From assembly GCA_965112735.1 (NCBI GenBank), contig OZ218950.1:6076001-6140000 (forward strand): 64,000 bases of DNA, in the 5' to 3' direction. This document shows positions 35,719-48,592 of this stretch, one piece after another. Numbering within the stretch: position 1 is the stretch's first letter; each line of letters starts with the position of its first letter. Source of the stretch: Phaeosaccion multiseriatum (taxonomy: Eukaryota; Protista; Ochrophyta, other classes). The notes below the pieces were generated by a model. It made no database searches and was not told the DNA's origin. It was given only the letters and a program-made list of their open reading frames with translations. The translations under genes and the position numbers were made by a program.

Positions 35719-36703
35719 TCACTTGGAGGCGGTCTTTCGAGCCCTGTCGGTGTCCTTGTCCGCCTCTGGGGGGGCCTGTTTGGTCCTACGTGAAGGCCGC
35801 ACCACGGCTTCCGGCTTGGGGATGTCGAGGAGAGTCTTGACTCCCTTGACCATGACATAGCTGTGGTCGTAGTCCGGCGCCCAGTAGTTGTGTCCACCAG
35901 GGCCGTGAACTTGCACACCGCACAGCACGGCGTAGTCCTCCTTCTCGCTGTCCACGGTGTTCTGCAGGTAGCGCTCGATCTGCTTCACAATGACGTCCTT
36001 GGCGAGCTTGGTGAGCTCCGCCAGGTCCTCGCCGCCCTTGCCCTTCTTGGCATTGAGCGCCTCGATGAGCATGGCCGACAGAGCCGTCATCTCAAGGTCG
36101 GGGTCGCTGCAGAAGAAACGAGCGAATGACAAGAGGGGGAATGTGAGCAGGCATGAATCCCGTAGTACAGCCCTCCACTTGACACCTTGCCTCTCTCTCT
36201 GCCCCGTCCACCGCGCCCCTCTCTCGCACTCACCTCGTCTCGAGCTTTGGCACGTCCAGTGGCGTCTTGCCCTCGCACTTGCTCAGCTGCCCGTGCAGCC
36301 CCGCCAGAGCGCCGCACGCCTTGGAGTGGGACTTCATGTGCTCCCTCTCGCAAGTCCCGAGCTCCCCCTTGGCCCCGATGCCGATGTGCGGGGCGAAGAA
36401 GTACACGTACTTGGGCCGGGAGCCCTCGGGCCCGGTGGTGGGAGCGTGCGCGTGCATAGCGCCGAAGGCCGTGTTGCCCGCGAAGCAGAGCCCGCCCAGG
36501 CCCCTCATGGAGAAGGGCTCCCCGAGCTCCTCCTTGACGAGCCTCACCAAAGTAGTGCAGATCTCGTCGCGGCAGACGCCCACGCAAGGGATGATGCACG
36601 TGTTGTGGGCAAAAGCCGTGCGTCCTGAGGGCTGCGGGCGGCCAGTTTTACGAACTTGGCCTCCTGTATGGGTAACGAGACGGGGGAAGCAACAAAAGTC
36701 AGT

Positions 36704-36740
<37 letters not shown>

Positions 36741-37181
36741 GCGGCGGCAAGCAGACGAACGGAGCGGGCAGTATCTTTTTTTCGTCCCCCCCCCCTCTTT
36801 TCAAGGCGAGCTCGACCCACCTCAAACGCATGGCCGAAGTGCTCCGCAACCTGGTCGTGGAAGCCCGCCGGTGTGCGTTCGAAGCTGAAAGCCCTTTGCA
36901 AGAACTCCATCTGCCAAATCCAATCAGGTAGGCGCAGTAAAAAAGACGCGGTGGGGTGGAAGGGTTGGTGAGCGGGCGCGGGAACAAAACGGCAGATGTA
37001 GGGAGCAGGAAAGGAAGGGTAGAAGGGGGACAAAAAGGCCGCAAGGGTAGCGGCGGATAGAGGGGCGACGGCCGGGCGGGCAGCACAGCAGCGCTGTGCG
37101 CATCCTCACCTTTTTCATCACATCCTTGCTTATCATCGTCGTCCACGCCGTCGTCCTCTCCGTCGCCATTGCAGGTGCCAT
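35719..37181 (-). pseudogene. LCIB-family theta-carbonic anhydrase, copy 7, 5' type B, frameshifted in exon 3 (pseudogene or consensus error)
   Basis: Relative to the other copies there are three insertions at ~36590-36640 (+ATG, +A, +G; net +5 nt), giving a premature stop at 36544; otherwise near-identical. Confidence 0.6.
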
Positions 37182-37912
37182 TGTCTGTTTACAGCTGGTG
37201 TAGCAGTAGCCAGAGCTTCTTTAGGGTGGAAGGGAAGTGGTGGAGGAGAGTACGCAGAAAAGCTGGCGGCTCAAAGGTGGTTGTGAGTGAGGAGTGTGAG
37301 GAAAAGGGGAGGGTGGAGGCGATGTCAGGTGGAGAGTGGAGGCGGGAGAGAGGAACACAAAAAGTACTTCGAAGTCAATGAACCCCCCGCTCTCCACGAG
37401 AGCCAGCACAGCATCCAAGGCAGTGTCCAGTTTCAGCGCGCTGTGCGGCTTTTAACGCGCCGATTTTTACTGCAATGGAAAGGCATATGGAAGGCTCTCT
37501 GCACCCAGACCTCCCCTTCCCCCCCTCCGGATGTCGAGGATGCTGAGGCTTTTGTGACACTCATGTACGAGTCGACCTACCCGCCGACGAATGAAGATGG
37601 TGCGGTGCGTTTCACCCCCCCCCTTCCTGAATCCCTTCCTCGTCGCTGAGAGCGGACAAGAGTGCACAAGGGGCTCGGGGCTAACGAGGAGGGACGGGTA
37701 GACAGCACTGCAGACGCGGGACAGCAGGCGGTGGCAGCTGATGGTTGGCCGGCTGGCCGGTCGGCCGGTAGCAGGTCAAGGCGGCCTTGCCCCCCCAAGT
37801 GGCACGCCGACTGGCGCTGGTGGTAGCAGGTAGCACGTCAGGGGTCGAGCATCATGTAGGAAGAAGGATATCCTCCAGACAGGCATAGCACAGTATGCGT
37901 GTGTGGGAGGGG

Positions 37913-37917
<5 letters not shown>

Positions 37918-37981
<64 letters not shown>

Positions 37982-38068
37982 GTGTGTGTTGTGTTTGTGT
38001 GTGTATGTGTGTGTGCGTGCGTGTGTGTGTGCGTGTGTGTGCGTGTGTGTGTCTGCGTGCGTGTGCGT
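37918..38068. repeat. (GT)n microsatellite next to the array's right boundary
   Basis: Directly visible. Confidence 0.9.
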
Positions 38069-38669
38069 GGGGATAAATACTTGTAATATGTGGTGTATAA
38101 GAACGAAACTACCCGCCGTTCAAGAAAAATAGCCCGCCCGCAGGGCACCCTTTTTTATCTGGGTCCTTTTCCGGCACGCGATAAGAACGGCGCTAATAAG
38201 AGGGTGGGTCGGTCGGGTGGGTCGGTGGGTGTGCAAGTGAGTGTGTCATTGAGTGTGTCAGCGGCATCTGAACAGGGCAATGGCGACCCGGGAATGGGTG
38301 GGGTGGGTGCATGGGGAGGATGGCAGTGGACGAAGCCACGGTCCCTCACGACAGAACACTGAGAAGAAGCGAATAAAGGCCTTGCTTTCGCCTCGATGCT
38401 TCGTTTCTTTTCCTTTCTCTTCGTTGATTGAGAAGCACCACTTTCTTGCCGCTCTGTACATGGCTGTACAGCGCCGATCTGTAGCGTCGATGAACCGTCG
38501 CTGTCTTCTCCTTCTCCTCTTGTCTCGTCTTACTCTATTCTATGCCTGTAGAGAGAAGGGGCACCAAGCTCTATGGTAGAAAGCGAATGACATTATTTTA
38601 TCGCCTGATGAGGGTTTCTGTCTTGAGATGCACGGAAGGCTGACCGCTCCACAGGTCACGCCCTTTTAC

Positions 38670-39028
38670 TCACATCCCTGGAGGGAAGTTGGACACCTGT
38701 GCCATTTCTGACACGGTCAGCCCCCCCGTCTCATAGGAGATCTTCAGCTTCAGCATGAGGGGCTTCTGGCCGTGCTGAGCGTTGGTCAGGTTCATGGCCT
38801 GAAGCAGTACAGAGGGAGAGGGAAGGGGGGTGTGGAGTGTTTCAGGGAGAGCAGAGCAGGGGTGTCGTGCGATGATGGGCAGGGACAAAGTGCACAAATT
38901 CCTTGTCCTCAGTCAGCAGAAGAACATGTGGGACGGAGATCTCCTCAAGTTGCTCTCGCGCCCCACCTCCTCCTTCGAGAACGTGCGTGCGAGAACGGCA
39001 TGCCTCCACTTGTTCTTCCTCTTCCTCC

Positions 39029-39069
<41 letters not shown>

Positions 39070-42000
39070 CTGCTCTACGCTGTCCTGACTGTTGGCGGGA
39101 ACAGAGGTGGCCGAGGCGGGCTGCATGGCCATGGTCAGGTACTTGGGCACAGCCACCTGAGGCGCGCAGTTGGTGATACATCAGAAGCAGCAGCAGCAGC
39201 AGTTGGCGATACAGCAGCAGCGGCCGGAGGGGAGGGGGCATCCACTCACTCACTCACTCACTCACTCACTCACTCAACCCCCTCCCTACCTCACTCACCC
39301 CCTCCATCCCTCCCTCCACTGCTCAATCAGGTCGAAATACCTCATCACCAACCAGACCCACCCCGACCCGAGGCAGTTCCCCTACTACAATCACCTCCTC
39401 ACCTGAAACACAAGGGAGGTAACGCTGGACCCTCCCGAGTTGCTAAAGATGCACCGTACACAGGTGAGAGCCGGATTGGTCTCTGGGTCGGGCTTGGAGG
39501 CCTCCATATCTACTCGGAAACCGTTTTTCTCAAACGCCGTAAAACGGGTAGGGGCAGAGGCAGGGGTAGCCATTCTGCTGTCGCTGCTGTTGCTGGAGGT
39601 GAGAGGGGGCGCCGCTGCTTGAGCAAAGGGGTCTTCAAGTACGGTCGCTACTACAGGCTGCTGTACCACCAACTCCGGTGCTCCTCCTCCCCCTCCTCCA
39701 CCTCCTCCTCCTCCTGCTGCTGCTGCTCCTATTGATGGTGTGGGCATGCCGGAAAAGATATCTGCGAGCATGTCGGGCGGTGATGGTGTCACACCACCGC
39801 CGCCGCTTGCCGGGGTGGAGAGCATGTCCGCTAACCCGCCCCCCCCTCCCCCTCCTCCTCCCCCTCCTAAGCTTCCCAAACCTCCTTCTAAGCCACCTGC
39901 TGCTGCTGCTGCTGGTGGTGCTGGTGGTTGGGTCCCCCCCCCCCCAAACAAGTCATCCAAGTCCAGCAGATCCGGTGCCGGCGCAGCCCCCCCCCCCATC
40001 TCGGTGTGTGCGTGTCCATTCTCCTGCCCTCCGTCCCCTTCTCCTCCTCCTCTCTCTCTCCTCTGTCTCCTCGGGCTCAGACTACTTGCCGCACTCCCAC
40101 CTCCCCCTCCTCCCCCGGTGCTACCAAGCCCGGCAATAAACCTCGCCCGCTTCGTTTTGAGCATCTCCTCATCCATCACTGGCATCTTGGAGAGAGCCTC
40201 CTTCCTCTGTGCCTCCCACTGGGGCAGCAACAGGTTGGCGTACTCGCACGATCGTTGTTGCAGCTCTAGTGACATGCTGTCTTGGAACGACTCCAGCAGC
40301 TCCGCCACGCGGGCTGTTTCACCAACTGCTGATGATGATGGTGACGCGGCGGCAGCAGCACTGACCTTGGCCAAGGCAGTCAGCGCGTAGCTCCTCATGG
40401 ACACTGTCGCCCCATGATGCCTCACAAGCACACTCTCAAGCAAGTCCACCACTTGGCTGGCCGGCACCGCTTCCTGGGCCGGTTGTACTTCACCAGACGA
40501 GTCGGTCGTCGACAGCTCCTTGCTATCATTGCCCAAACCGGCCGCAATGGACGCGTTGGGGCCTAGCGCTGCGGCAGGGAGCATGAGTAAGTCCGCGTAT
40601 TCCCCAATCGACCACATGGCAACATAGACCAGGCCCGCCTGAGTCGTTTTGGTCGAGAATGGGAGGCAGGAGAGGGAAGGGGAGGGGTGAGAGGAAGGGA
40701 GGGAGGTAGAAGGAAGGAGGTCTCTGAGGTGTGTGGCCAAGTCCGTCTTTAACAGCGAACGAACAAGTAATGCCACTCGACAAGAGCGCGAAGGGAAGAG
40801 AGTAGCAAGGGAAGAAGGGCACAGGGAGGACACAGGTGCGCCCACATCCACATCCACACGCACACGCGCACACTTACACACGCAGCACACACACACACAC
40901 ACACACAGGACGCACACATTCACGCACACACACCCACCCACCCACCTACCCGTTGACATACTACACCCACCCACCTTGGCGTTGACGAGGTCCGTGCTGA
41001 GCATGCGAAAGAGCTTATGCACTACCTGTGCGTGGTACTCCTCGCACTGACTAATGTAAATTATGGTGGCCGAAGCAATGCCGGCATCTGTGAAGTCCCC
41101 GGCGATGCTCAACATGGATAGGAGGGAGTCGATTCGCCATCTGTTGTCGGGTGAATAGCGCTCTACAGAGGCCATGATGTGGTCGCACAGATGGCTCTTG
41201 TGGTCAGGCACGGCCACTGCAAGGTAGTTGAGCAGCTCTCTGATGGAGCAGGGGGAGGGGGGAGGGAATGGGGGAGGGAATGGATGAGAGAGGGGGGGAC
41301 GGAGGGATGGACGGAGAGGGAGGGACGGAGGGAGTGGGGAGGGGCGGAGAAAGATAAACACGGAAAAGAGATGTAAGAGGGATCGAGGAAGAGAGAGAGG
41401 TGTAGGATTCCATAGATGCCCGCACTACACAATACGAGTGTCACTGAAGAAGGGGCTTAAGCACGGCGTGGGTGTGGGGGGAACCACACAGACATAATCA
41501 CACCACACATGTGCAGACACACACACGTAATGTTACGTACCTGGTGAGGGGCACGACATTGGTCTCGTCCATGAGCTGATAGATAAGCTCCAGGGCCCTC
41601 TGGCGGATGGACACGTCGGGGTCTTTGAGACACACCTTACGTTACAGAGAAAGTCAGAGTTGGCGTTAGGGTGGGGGTCAGAGTGAGGGTCAGAGTGAGG
41701 GTCAGGGTCAGGGTGAGAAGTCAGGGCGAGGATGAGAGTGAGGGGCCTTGAGACATACGCAGAGGGTCCTTGAGACAGAGGCATGTGCCGTGATGATGGT
41801 CTGGTAGGGAGGGTAAGGCCTAAGAAATGTAGTGAGACACAGCTGGCAGCCAGGGCAAGACCTAATGAACTGCAACTGTTGGGGAGACACAGCTGTCAGG
41901 CAGGATAAGAACTGCAACTACAAGTGAGACACAGCGTACCGTGACGATGGTCTGGCGGTGTCTTTGCACCGTGCTGCGGTCGTCGGACACAACGTTGTTC

Positions 42001-44107
42001 AGCACTTTGAGGGCCACCTGTAGGGGAGGGGAGGGGTTGGGCAGTTGGTGATACAGTTGGTGACAGGTGGAGGCTAAGATAGGCAGACAGCTTACGGGTA
42101 CCCATTCACTCACTCATTCGTTCAATCAATCATTCGCTCCCTTACTCTCTCCCTCCCTCCTCCCTCCCCTCCCTTCCTTCCTCCCTCCCTCCCCCTCTCT
42201 CCCCTCCCTCCCTCCCACTCACGTATCGAATGTTGTTGTCCCGATTGAGCAAGAACTTGCCGAGAATGTTGATAGCCACCACCCTTAGCCCCGCCTCCGC
42301 CTCAATGCTCATGATGGTCTGCACACACTCGTACAGGATGGCGTTGCCGGCGTTCCTCGCTGTCTCTGTGGTAGTCGCCACCTGTGAATGTGAATAAAGA
42401 GGACACAGGTAAAAAGTGGAAGGGGAGAGAGAGGGGGGATAAGAGTCACACACACACGCACCCATACGCACGCACCCACCCACAACTGACTCTGTGCCCA
42501 ATTCACTGACTTACTAACCTTGGCGAGCACGTCGTTCATCTGCTCGGAGGCGGCGTCGTTGCCGTGGCCGAGGTAGCGCAGCAGCTTCAGCACCTTCACC
42601 TGAGGGGGGGGGGGGGGGGGTTGGAGGGGTGGTGCCCGTTGGAGGCGTAAGGACAGGGCAGGGTAGAGTAGAGGTATATGGGGAGGGCAGGGTAGAGTAG
42701 AGGTGTATGGGTAGGGCAGGGTAGAGGTGTATGGGCAGGGCAGGGTAGAGGTGTATGGGCAGAGTAATTTGGGGCAGGGTAGAGGTATAGTATTGGCAGA
42801 GAGAGAGGAAAGGGGATGGGCAGGGGCAGGGAGGAGGTCTATGGGTAGGGCAGGGCTGGGTAGAGGTGTATGGGCACGGCAGGGTTGAGGTGTATGGGCA
42901 GGGCAGAGCAGAGGTGAATGGGCGAAGCATAGCAGGCAGAGGTGTATGGGCAGGGCATAGCAAGATAGAGGTGTATACTGGCAGGGTAAGGGAGAAAGGG
43001 GTTGGGTTGACATATTACCTGCAGGAAGGGGTTGGTGACTCCTGCCACATCGAGCTCGGCGTTGTAGCCCACGCTCAGAAGGCTCCTGATGGGGACGGCA
43101 GTGGATGGTGAGGGGGGGATGGCAGTGGATGGCATTACGACAGAGATGATCGGGGGCACCGGGGGCACGCAGGGAGTGTGTGGTAGCTGGGGGGGGGGGA
43201 TGGAAGAGAAGAGAAGAGGGAGAGAGAGGAGCAGAGAGAGAGAAGGAAGACAAGACAAAGAAAGCCATCCCTCCCACTGACTTAATATCAAGTCTTAACT
43301 CGCGCCACTTCCCTTCACTCTCACTGACTTCAAAAACTCGTCTCGTCTTCCTGACCCCACTTACCTCATGATGCGCACAAGCGAAGGCACCACTCTGTCG
43401 AAGAGCAGTACGTTGCTAGGACGGTCCATCTCCACCACGGAGATAATGAGCTGCACGCCAGTGAGCAGCACGGCTTGGTTCTCGTCCTTGAGGAGACTCA
43501 CGACTCGGTCAGTGAAGTCCTCGATGTGCTCGGGGATGGCACGGAGGATTCGGATGGCGCACAGAGCCGCCTGGTGGGGTGCGTGGGTAGGGGAGGGGGG
43601 TGGCGGGAGTGAGAGAGTGAGAGAGTGAGAGAGTGAGGGAGTGACTGAGTGAGTGAGTGCCATTGCCTGGCCGACTGACAGTGAGTGATTGAGTGAGTGT
43701 GGGATTTCTCTCTATCATTCTTCCTTCCTTCCCTCCTTCCTTCCTCCCTTCCTTTCCCCGTTTCTTCCCCTTCCTTCCCTCCTTCCTTCCTCCCTTCCTT
43801 TCCCCGTTTCTTCCCTACCTCTCTCCCTCCTTCCCTCCTTCCTCCCTTCTCTCTCCCTCCCATCCCTCCCTCCCTCCCTCCCTGGCTGACCTTCTTCCTG
43901 ATGTAGGGATGGTTACTCCTCAAGTGGCGGTCTACATCCATCATGAGATCTCTAGCAATGTCCGGCGTGGCGAGGTTGCCGGTGGCGGCAAGGGCGAGCC
44001 CAACAATGAAGGGGTTTTTATTGTTCAAGTCCACCTGGGGAGGAAGGGGGGGTGGGCAGTTTGAGTTTGAGGGGTGGGGGAGGCCATGTTGGTCCAATAG
44101 TCCAACA

Positions 44108-44144
<37 letters not shown>

Positions 44145-45114
44145 GAGGTTCAGCTTCAGTTTCAGTGTCTTGACCTCGATTGATCCACATCGACATCGTT
44201 ACGTTCCAGAGTGCACACGAATGAATGCTTCCCCTTCATCAGCAGTAGCTGGTGTGTGGCGAGGTTGGTGATACAGCAAGTAGTACAACAGTTGACGATA
44301 GCGTATTGCGTACAGAGATTGTACTCAAATCCTGTGCGTGTACCTTTAGGCTGTTGGTGGAGAGCATGAGCACCTCTGTGTTCTCCGTGAGGAGGAGCAT
44401 GAGGCCGAGATAGCCGATGCGCTTGTCCGTGAATACGGGGGAGGTAATGAGCTTGATGCATTCAATCTGACCAAAGTGAGACGGGTAGCCTTTGGAGTAA
44501 GGAGGTTGGAGAGAAAGGGAGGGAGGGGGTGAGAGAAACAAGAGAGAGTGTGTGAGAGAGAGAGGGAGAGAGAGTGACGGAGCCAGGGAGGGAGAGGGAG
44601 GGAGGGAGGGAGGGAGGAGCGAGTGCAACGATGAAGACGCGCTATGCATGCGGCTCACACGTCCTTGCCGTGCGGGTGTGTGCCCGCGTGAGTGAAATTT
44701 CCATCCTCTTGTCGCAGCCCTCTCTCTCTCTCTGTGCATGTGTTGTGCTTCCTCAACACAAAGTAGAGAGTCTTACCCCAGAAGCTTAACTCGCTCCCCC
44801 CCTTCCCTCGCCCTCAGACATCTTGAGGAGGGGAAGGGGCGAGGGGGGGAGAGGAGGAAGCACACCATCATTTGCCCTACCGCAGCGCAGTGCCAGCAGC
44901 AGCTTATTCAACATGGCACCTTCCACACCTTCCGCACCGTACCTAGCATGTGTATGAAGAGCAGCTTGGCCACGTTTCTGTTCCTGAAGGCTGTGTCGTC
45001 CTCCTTAAAGGCCGTCCTGATGAGGGCGCACTCCTGTGCCACGATGGCCCTCTCCTCCGCGGCTGTGCGACATGCCCGCACGGCCCGGATCAGCTCTCGT
45101 AGACGCTGGGACAT
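38670..45114 (-). CDS. AP1G1: AP-1 adaptor complex gamma subunit (gamma-adaptin); exons 45114-44943, 44489-44344, 44034-43891, 43570-43365, 43085-43019, 42599-42519, 42381-42223, 42017-41940, 41635-41541, 41239-40975, 40638-39403, 39156-39070, 38798-38670
   Basis: [96 protein letters not shown], a DLLDLDDL clathrin-box-like hinge, and ear domain FQVAVPK...NFP. Confidence 0.96.
42655..42985. repeat. Degenerate ~19-24-bp minisatellite (GGGCAGGGTAGAGGTGTAT) in gamma-adaptin intron 5
   Basis: Repeated GTAGAGGTGTATGGGCAGGGCAGG units. Confidence 0.8.
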
Positions 45115-45951
45115 GGGGCCAGTAGCGGTCTGTGCGATGGTCCTCTATATATCCTTGCCCTACGACTGAGGTTCTCTCTGGTGCTCTCTCCTCCCCTCTC
45201 TCCTGCTTGTGATTCCTTCGTCCGTCCCCTCTGCCAGCAGCAGCAGCGGCGCTCGGAACCTACACCAGAGCCACAAGCAGATCAGCAGATGCTTTTGCCC
45301 CCTTCCTACTTGTGTTGTTGAAATGATTGTCTCTCACCCGACAGGAGCACCCAAAGCACATCCACTGCCATCGGGTGCCTCCACGCTTTTGTTCCCTCAT
45401 AACTGCCTCACCTAACCCCTTCCTAACAACAGCACCGGAGAAGAAGAGGAAGCAATCGATAGAAGTAACCGGAGCCCCCACGGGGCACCTACTCGCCACC
45501 GACGCCGCGTGTGCGTGTTTGTTTCGGGATTCCTTCGGGTACTTATATTTCCCTCCTTGCCCTCAACATCAACCAACTCTACTTTTGCAGTCCCCGCGCT
45601 GCTTACTCGAAGGGTGGTACACAGAGGGAAGCGAGTGTGAGGGCCAAAGCGCCTCGGGAGCGAGGTAAGGAGGGTCCGATGGATATCACGCCTTCTGTGC
45701 AACTTCAACCGTGGTACTCCAAAGGGAAGCAAGGAACGCGAAGAGGGGAGCCGCCTGGCGTGACATGCATGTTCTTTCGTCGCATCTGCTCTGTTCCCCC
45801 CTTCCTGCTGGGTCATCCCTTTGGTGTCTCTTGCTAGACGCCTCATTCTCCTTCTGCTCTCTACTTCTCCCCCTCCTTCCTCCCGATTTCCTCCCCCTCT
45901 CCTCCCCATCTCCCCTTGCACTATACCACGGCACAAACCTCACGTTCCAGC

Positions 45952-47116
45952 ATGCTGCGAGCAGCGGCAATTGGCGGCAGGAGCGGGGTGCGGAGTCATG
46001 CGAGCCGCTTGGTCTACCACAGGCTACAGCTGGCCGCGGACAGGAGCACTAGCAGCAGCAGTCTTCGTCCGTGGCGTGCTCTAGTGGCGGCAATAAGACC
46101 ACCAAGCATCAGAGATGGGGCGAGGATGAGAAGCAGCAGCAGCAGAGGGGGGGGGGTGAGCACCGGCGCTGGCAGGTGCTTCTTCTCATCTCCGACAGAG
46201 TCGGGTCCGGACTCTGCCACAGCGGTACGTGAGTGCATGTACTGTGCACGTATGCGGCGGCGGCTCCTAGCCCACGGCTTGTCCTCTCCCCGTAAAGGTG
46301 GAAGGGCGTCCTTTCCCCCCTACCTGCTATGGCTTATCCCGGCTCCGCCCCCCCTCTACCTCTTCCTTCCTTCCTTCCTTTCTGCCTTCCTTCCTTCCGA
46401 CTCACCCACCCACCCACGCATCCACGCACCCACACGGCACCATGTCATTTCTGTATGTCGCTGACTGTAGGGGGCGGTAGAGGGGGGAGACAAGACGGGA
46501 TGGGCCCCAAAGGACGAGGAGCAGCTCAAGAAGATGGCGGAGCAGTCCCTCCTCCTGGAGCTGAACATGAGGTGAGTGTGTGTGCGTCTCTTGTCTACAC
46601 CATCCATCCATAGTAAAGCAGTAAAGCGAGCCATCACTAAGTCAATGGACTTGCTCGTTTGGCTATCTCTCACCCCTTTCTCTCTCGCTCTGTCGGTGAC
46701 TCCTCCTCCGTCTGGACACTCCCCGAAGCAATCAAAAGAACCCAACTCGAAGTATCAACACCTCACAGTCCCTTTCGTACATGCACCAACCCCACCGAGT
46801 GAATCACCAACGCGCCACCCTTTCACCCCACCAAACCAACAACAGGCAGCAAAAGGTGTACCGCGCGGTGGTGGAGTGGTTCCTCACCAACATGCCCACC
46901 ACTTACTTCAGGCAGTGCAACGAAGAGGTAGGTGGGAAGGAGGGGGAGTGCGTGAGTGCGTGAGTGCGTGAGGGCGGATTTTGACAGGCTGGGTTAGTAG
47001 GTGGTTCCGTTGCAAGAGAACGGAGTGATTGACGCACCACGCAAACACTCGGCATCGATCGCAAGAAGGGTACTTGTGCGTATGTATGGGTGTGTGCGTG
47101 TGTGTGTGTGAGTGGG

Positions 47117-47185
<69 letters not shown>

Positions 47186-48540
47186 GTGTGTGTGTGAGTG
47201 TGTGTGTGTGCCTGTGAAGAGAGAGCCCCTCTGTCAGCGTGGCCCCTCTCGACCCCTCCTGTTGACCCCTCCCTCTTCCCCTCCCCACTCAGGTGCGGCT
47301 CCAGCATCTGCAGGCCATCACCACCATGGTCAACCCCTCTTTCTTCGAGAAGGAAGTAGGTGAGTTGGTGGTACGGTACAGTGCAGTACATGCAGTGTGC
47401 ATCAGTGGCATCGGTTCCTATTTTGCCGTGTATTTGGCTCCTCCTCCCCCTCCCTCCCTTCCTCCCCTCCTCTGGCAGCCCCCCCCCCCCCACTCCGCCG
47501 AATCCTACTCCTGCCTTGACGTGCTCAACATGTAAATCTCCTACAAAGCAGTAACCCCCACCCCCTCCCCAACAACAATGACGACCACACACCCAAACAA
47601 CAGCCCCTCCTGCTCCCGGGGGGGAAGACGTGCCCTTACGTCATGTTGCGCTTCAATTTGACCGCGAGACCCCCGAGGGCTCTGAGATCACCTTCGTCCA
47701 GCCGGGAGGGCTGAACCTAGAGATGCTTGATCAACTCCCTCCTGCCGATGGCAACCTACGCAACGTCAAGGTAAGCATATTGGAAGGAAGGATGGATGGA
47801 TGGATGGATGGATGGATGGATGGATGGATGGGTGAGGGAAGAGAAAAGGAGATAGAGGGAGGGACGGAGGTCGGGATTGAGTGAGTAAGTGAATGACCTC
47901 CCTCCCTCCCTCCCTCCCTCCCTCCCTCCCTCCCTCCCTCCCTCCCTCTCTCCCTCCCTCCCTCCCTCCCTCCCTCCCTCTCTCCCTCCCTCCCTCCCTC
48001 CCTCCCTCCCTCCCTCCCTCCCTCCCTCCCTCCCTCCCTCCCTCCCTCCCTCCCTCCCTCCCTCCCTCTCTCCCTCCCTCCCTCTCTCCCTCCCTCCCTC
48101 CCTCCCTCCCTCCCTCTCTCCCTCCCTCTCTCTCGCCCTCCCTCCCTCTTTCTCTCCCCTCCCCCCCGAACCCTCCCCCCCTCCCCCCCCGCTCTCCTTG
48201 AACAGGTGTTCATGAGCAAGGACCGCAGCCTCGCCATCAACGTCTTCACCTACAAAGAAGCATGCACGGTCCAGCCACACCGCGACGCCCCTCCCTCCCC
48301 GCATGACCAACACGACCACCACCCGCCTGCCTACCTGGCTCAGCGAGCCAAGCTCGAGGGGTACGCACGTGCGATTCAGAATGGGGAGTATGAGGGCGAC
48401 GCCAGACACCCCCCTGCAAGTAAGTCAGTGAAGAGTTAGGTTCGGGGTTACGTAATTGTGGCCCATATGCTTTGCCCCAATGCCTAGTGGCTTTCCCCCC
48501 CGCTTCTTCCTCACGCTGTGCCTACACCCCCTCACCTCTC

Positions 48541-48592
<52 letters not shown>

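Larger units (their letters stand above)
21745..37753. repeat. Tandem gene array, seven units of ~2.2-2.4 kb
   Basis: Stop codons of successive copies at 22300, 24473, 26646, 29026, 31247, 33532, 35719 (periods 2173, 2173, 2380, 2221, 2285, 2187 bp). Confidence 0.95.

Noticed and set aside
22444-36971. Repeated plus-strand ORFs within the array
   Set aside because: Antisense shadows of GC-rich theta-CA coding sequence.
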